Below the pieces are notes generated by a model that worked only from the letters and a program-made list of their open reading frames with translations, had not been told where the DNA came from and did no database searches. A program made the translations under genes and the position numbers. Below, one piece after another: positions 60,735 to 64,000 of a DNA stretch of 64,000 nt. Every line of letters begins with the position of its first letter. Within the stretch, counting starts at the first letter, position 1. Source of the DNA: Candidatus Eiseniibacteriota bacterium (GTDB lineage Bacteria; Eisenbacteria; RBG-16-71-46); assembly GCA_044451485.1 (NCBI GenBank), contig JBIOKD010000001.1, forward strand, positions 1,836-65,835. The letters are read 5' to 3'.

Positions 60735-62209
60735 CCGCGACCGAATGGTGGCGCCGCTCGGCGCTGGCGCTGGCCGATGCGGTCCGGTCCGGCGCGATCG
60801 CGGCACCCGACGCGGTCGAGGCCGGGTGGGCCGGGCCGGCCGCGGCATGGGAGCGCGACGTGCACGCGATCGTGCATGCCGACCCCGAGACCCGTGCCCG
60901 CGCCGCGACCCGATCGACGCGCGACATGCCGCTCGCCGGGGTGCCGGTGGTGGTGAAGGACAACCTGTGCACCACCGACCTGCCCACGACCTGCGGGTCA
61001 CGGATCCTTGCGGGCTACCGGCCACCGTACGACGCGACCGTGATCCGCCGACTCCGCGCCGCCGGCGCGGTGATCACCGCCAAGGGCAACATGGACGAGT
61101 TCGCCATGGGCTCGTCCACCGAGTTCAGCTGCTACGGTCCGACCCGCAATCCGTACGATCTCGAGCGTGTACCCGGTGGCTCGAGCGGCGGGCCGGCGGC
61201 GGCGGTGGCATATGGTCTCGCGCCGCTGGGTCTCGGCTCCGACACCGGTGGCTCGGTGCGTCAACCGGCGGCGTTCTGTGGCGTGTACGGTCTGAAGCCG
61301 ACGTATGGAAGACTGTCGCGCTACGGTCTGGTGGCGTTCGGATCGTCGCTCGACCAGGTGGGTATCTTCGCGCGTCACGCCGGTGACGTGGCCACGGCGT
61401 ACGCGCTGCTGGCGGGCCCGGACCCGCTGGACGCCACCACCCGGCGGACCCCGGTGCCGGACGTCGCCGACTGGGACCGCGGTGTGACCGGGCTCACCTT
61501 CGGGTGGCCCGCCAACCTGTGGGCCGAGGGGGTGGAGCCCGAGGTGGTGGCGGGACTCGAGACCGCCGCCACGGCTCTCGAGCGGGCCGGTGCCAGACGG
61601 GTGCGGTTCGACTTCCTGCCCGGCGAGTACGGTGTGGCGGCCTACTACCTGGTGGCCACCGCCGAGGCCAGCTCGAACCTGGCCCGCTTCGACGGCGTGC
61701 GTTACGGGTTCCGGCATCCGGACAGCCCGGACGTACGCGAGCTCTACGTGCGCACCCGCCGCGACGGGTTCGGACCCGAGGTGCAGCGACGCATCCTGCT
61801 CGGGACCTACGCGCTCTCGGCGGGCTACTACGATGCCTACTACCTCAAGGCGCAGCGGGCCCGCACCCGTATCCGACACGAGTACCACGAGGCGTTCTCA
61901 CGCTGCGACGTGATGATGATGCCGGCGTCGCCGACCCTGCCGTTCCGGCTCGGCGACAAGCTCGACGATCCGCTGGCGATGTATCTCAGCGACGTGTTCA
62001 CCATCGGCGCCAATCTCGCCGGGATCCCGGGGCTCTCGGTGCCGGTCGGGCTCTCGACCGGTGGTCTGCCACGGGCGGTCCAGCTGCTGGGACCCGAGGA
62101 CGCCGAGCCGGTCCTGCTGCGCTGCGCGCGGGCCATCGAAGTCCATGGGGAACACGCGCTCCTCGCGCGCCACCACGAGACGGAGTTCGCATGGCCCACG
62201 AGGCGGTGA
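60731..62209 (+). CDS. gatA: Glu-tRNA(Gln) amidotransferase subunit A
   Basis: Amidase signature ...GGSSGGPAAAVAYGLAPLGLGSDTGGSVRQPAAFCGVYGLKPTYGRLSRYG. Confidence 0.95.
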   Translation: MTATEWWRRSALALADAVRSGAIAAPDAVEAGWAGPAAAWERDVHAIVHADPETRARAATRSTRDMPLAGVPVVVKDNLCTTDLPTTCGSRILAGYRPPYDATVIRRLRAAGAVITAKGNMDEFAMGSSTEFSCYGPTRNPYDLERVPGGSSGGPAAAVAYGLAPLGLGSDTGGSVRQPAAFCGVYGLKPTYGRLSRYGLVAFGSSLDQVGIFARHAGDVATAYALLAGPDPLDATTRRTPVPDVADWDRGVTGLTFGWPANLWAEGVEPEVVAGLETAATALERAGARRVRFDFLPGEYGVAAYYLVATAEASSNLARFDGVRYGFRHPDSPDVRELYVRTRRDGFGPEVQRRILLGTYALSAGYYDAYYLKAQRARTRIRHEYHEAFSRCDVMMMPASPTLPFRLGDKLDDPLAMYLSDVFTIGANLAGIPGLSVPVGLSTGGLPRAVQLLGPEDAEPVLLRCARAIEVHGEHALLARHHETEFAWPTRR

Positions 62210-63630
62210 TCGGTCTCGAGTGCCACATCCAGCTGGCCACGCGCACGAAGATGTTCTGCGCCTGTCCGGCGTCGTTTGGCGCCGAGCCGAACACCCAGGT
62301 CTGCCCGGTGTGTCTGGGTCTGCCGGGGGCCCTGCCGGTGACCAGCCGCGCCGCCATCGACGCGGCGATCCGGCTCGGTCTGACGCTGGGCAGCGAGGTG
62401 CGCGAGCGAAGCGTGTTCTCGCGCAAGAACTACTTCTATCCGGACATGCCCAAGAACTACCAGATCACGCAGTACGATCGTCCGCTGTGTGTGGGGGGCG
62501 CGCTGCCGGTGCGGATCGACGGCGCCGAGCGCCGCTTCGCGCTCACCCGCGTGCACGCCGAGGAGGACACCGGCAAGTCGTTCCATCCCGAGCGCCTCCA
62601 CGATCGCCGGGTGTCCCGTGTCGACTTCAACCGCGCCGGCGTGCCGTTGCTCGAGCTGGTCACCGAGCCGGTGTTCGGCGCGCCCGCCGAGTGCGCCGCC
62701 TTCCTCGGCGCGTTGCGTCGTCTGGTGCGCTGGATCGGGATCTCCGACGGCGACATGGAAAAGGGGCATCTGCGCTGCGACGCGAACGTCTCGATCCGGT
62801 CCATGGGGCAGACCACGCTGGGCACCAAGACCGAGATCAAGAACCTGAACTCGATCAAGGGCGTGGAGAAGGGCATCACCGCCGAGATCGCGCGTCAGAC
62901 CGCGGTGCTCGAGGGCGGGGGCCGGATCGATCAGGCCACGCTGCTCTACGACGCGGATCACGACAAGCTGGCGGTGATGCGCTCGAAGGAGGAGGCGCAC
63001 GACTACCGTTATTTTCCCGAGCCGGATCTTCCGGTGCTGGTCGTGTCCCGGGGCTGGATCGAGGAGGCGCGAACCCGTCTGCCGGAGCCGCCGTGGGTGC
63101 GCGAGGAGCGTCTGGCGACCCAGTACGGACTGCCCATCTACGATGCCCTGGTGCTCACCGAGCAGCGCGAGCTGGCGGACTATTTCGAAGAGGTGGTGCG
63201 GCTTGGAGCCGATCCGAAGAAGGCCAGCAACTGGGTCATGACCGAGGTGCTCCGCCACACCAAGGACCGGCCGCTGGCGGACTGGATCACGCGGGTGCCG
63301 GCGATGCTGCTGGCGCGGACCATCGAACGGGTCGAGAGCGTCGCGGTGACCGCGGGAGCGGCGAAGGAGATCCTGGCCGAGGTGTTCCTGATCGGCGCCG
63401 AACCCGAAGCCCTGTTCGCCGCGCGCGCGGCCCGGAGCTCGAGCGCCGATCTGCTGCCGCTGGTGCGGGCGGTGATCGCGGAACATCCCGGTCCGGTCGA
63501 GCAGTACCGCCGGGGCAAGACCGTGACGCTCGGCTTCCTGGTCGGACAGGTGATGAAGAAGAGCGGCGGACAGGCGGTGGCGACCACCGTGCAGGAGCTG
63601 CTGCGGGCCGAGCTGGGCCGGCACGGGTGA
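62191..63630 (+). CDS. gatB: Asp-tRNA(Asn)/Glu-tRNA(Gln) amidotransferase subunit B
   Basis: IGLECHIQL...FCACPASFGAEPNTQVCPVCLGLPGALPV...RKNYFYPDMPKNYQITQ matches the GatB signature. Confidence 0.95.
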   Translation: MAHEAVIGLECHIQLATRTKMFCACPASFGAEPNTQVCPVCLGLPGALPVTSRAAIDAAIRLGLTLGSEVRERSVFSRKNYFYPDMPKNYQITQYDRPLCVGGALPVRIDGAERRFALTRVHAEEDTGKSFHPERLHDRRVSRVDFNRAGVPLLELVTEPVFGAPAECAAFLGALRRLVRWIGISDGDMEKGHLRCDANVSIRSMGQTTLGTKTEIKNLNSIKGVEKGITAEIARQTAVLEGGGRIDQATLLYDADHDKLAVMRSKEEAHDYRYFPEPDLPVLVVSRGWIEEARTRLPEPPWVREERLATQYGLPIYDALVLTEQRELADYFEEVVRLGADPKKASNWVMTEVLRHTKDRPLADWITRVPAMLLARTIERVESVAVTAGAAKEILAEVFLIGAEPEALFAARAARSSSADLLPLVRAVIAEHPGPVEQYRRGKTVTLGFLVGQVMKKSGGQAVATTVQELLRAELGRHG

Positions 63631-63634
63631 GCGT

Positions 63635-64000
63635 GTGAGTGACCCGGGGGCGATCGCGCGCGCGGCCCGGGAGGCGCTCGCGCATCCGCGCGACCTGCCG
63701 CTCGCCGCGGCGCTGCCGTCCCCGATGCAGCTGGCGATCGTCGTGGGGTCCGACCACGCGCTCGCGGAGGCGTTGTCGCCGCTGCTCGACGCGCTGGACC
63801 GGGCGGGGCGGACACGGTCGCGGGTCGACGTGCTGCTGGCGTCGGGCTTCGACGGGGAGGCACGTCTCGCCACCCGCGAGCGTCTGCGCGAAGCCCTGGC
63901 ACCGGTTCGCGTGCACGCCCACGACGATCGACGCGGCGACACGTTCGTGGCGGCGTGGCTCGACGGCGAGCCGGTGCGGCTCGACGACACGCTGCGCGAG
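63635..64000 (+). CDS. 5'-partial hypothetical protein (possibly LarA/DUF2088-like N-terminal domain); runs off the window
   Basis: GTG start 5 nt after gatB stop. The reading frame is open to the window end. The family assignment rests on weak resemblance only. Confidence 0.3.
   Translation, partial: MSDPGAIARAAREALAHPRDLPLAAALPSPMQLAIVVGSDHALAEALSPLLDALDRAGRTRSRVDVLLASGFDGEARLATRERLREALAPVRVHAHDDRRGDTFVAAWLDGEPVRLDDTLRE

Overview
This is a high-GC (about 70%) bacterial chromosomal window with dense, mostly plus-strand housekeeping operons. The organism is probably a diderm, given the Omp85, TamB, LPS heptosyltransferase and lipid A acyltransferase genes; a DUF5683 protein hints at the FCB group or Gemmatimonadota, which is inference only.

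Gene content in order:
- pta-like acyltransferase, FmdB zinc ribbon, a degenerate aconitase-like protein, obg, a HEAT-repeat protein, dprA.
- A lipid A-type acyltransferase and a YbgC-like thioesterase.
- An orphan GAF sensor histidine kinase.
- tRNA-Phe and tRNA-Thr, then glmM, glmS, ridA.
- selD followed directly by tRNA-Sec.
- lepA and two tandem lepB copies, hemW, hrcA, grpE, dnaJ, rsmE.
- A rearranged MMS operon: rpsU, cvpA, mutS2, dnaG, rpoD.
- Two paralogous lipoproteins on the minus strand, then tRNA-Met and tRNA-Val.
- A DUF164 zinc-ribbon protein, rnhA and RNase P RNA.
- recJ, relA/spoT, dtd, maf.
- rplM, rpsI, then the conserved rpsB-tsf-pyrH-frr-uppS-cdsA-dxr block with a GT9 heptosyltransferase inserted.
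- rseP, a short Omp85 (BamA/TamA-like), tamB, and a 1076-aa peptidase-MA / PD40 propeller / Omp85 barrel fusion protein.
- uvrD/pcrA, gatC, gatA, gatB.

There are no CRISPR arrays, transposases or obvious mobile elements. The many long minus-strand ORFs antisense to these genes are GC-driven artefacts.

The most interesting observations:
- The outer-membrane biogenesis cluster containing the novel protease-propeller-Omp85 fusion.
- The selD and tRNA-Sec pair.
- A catalytically degenerate aconitase-like protein translationally coupled to obg.
- A recurring CTAG-containing motif and a long inverted repeat between hrcA and grpE, with no CIRCE element found.
- The tandem lepB duplication.
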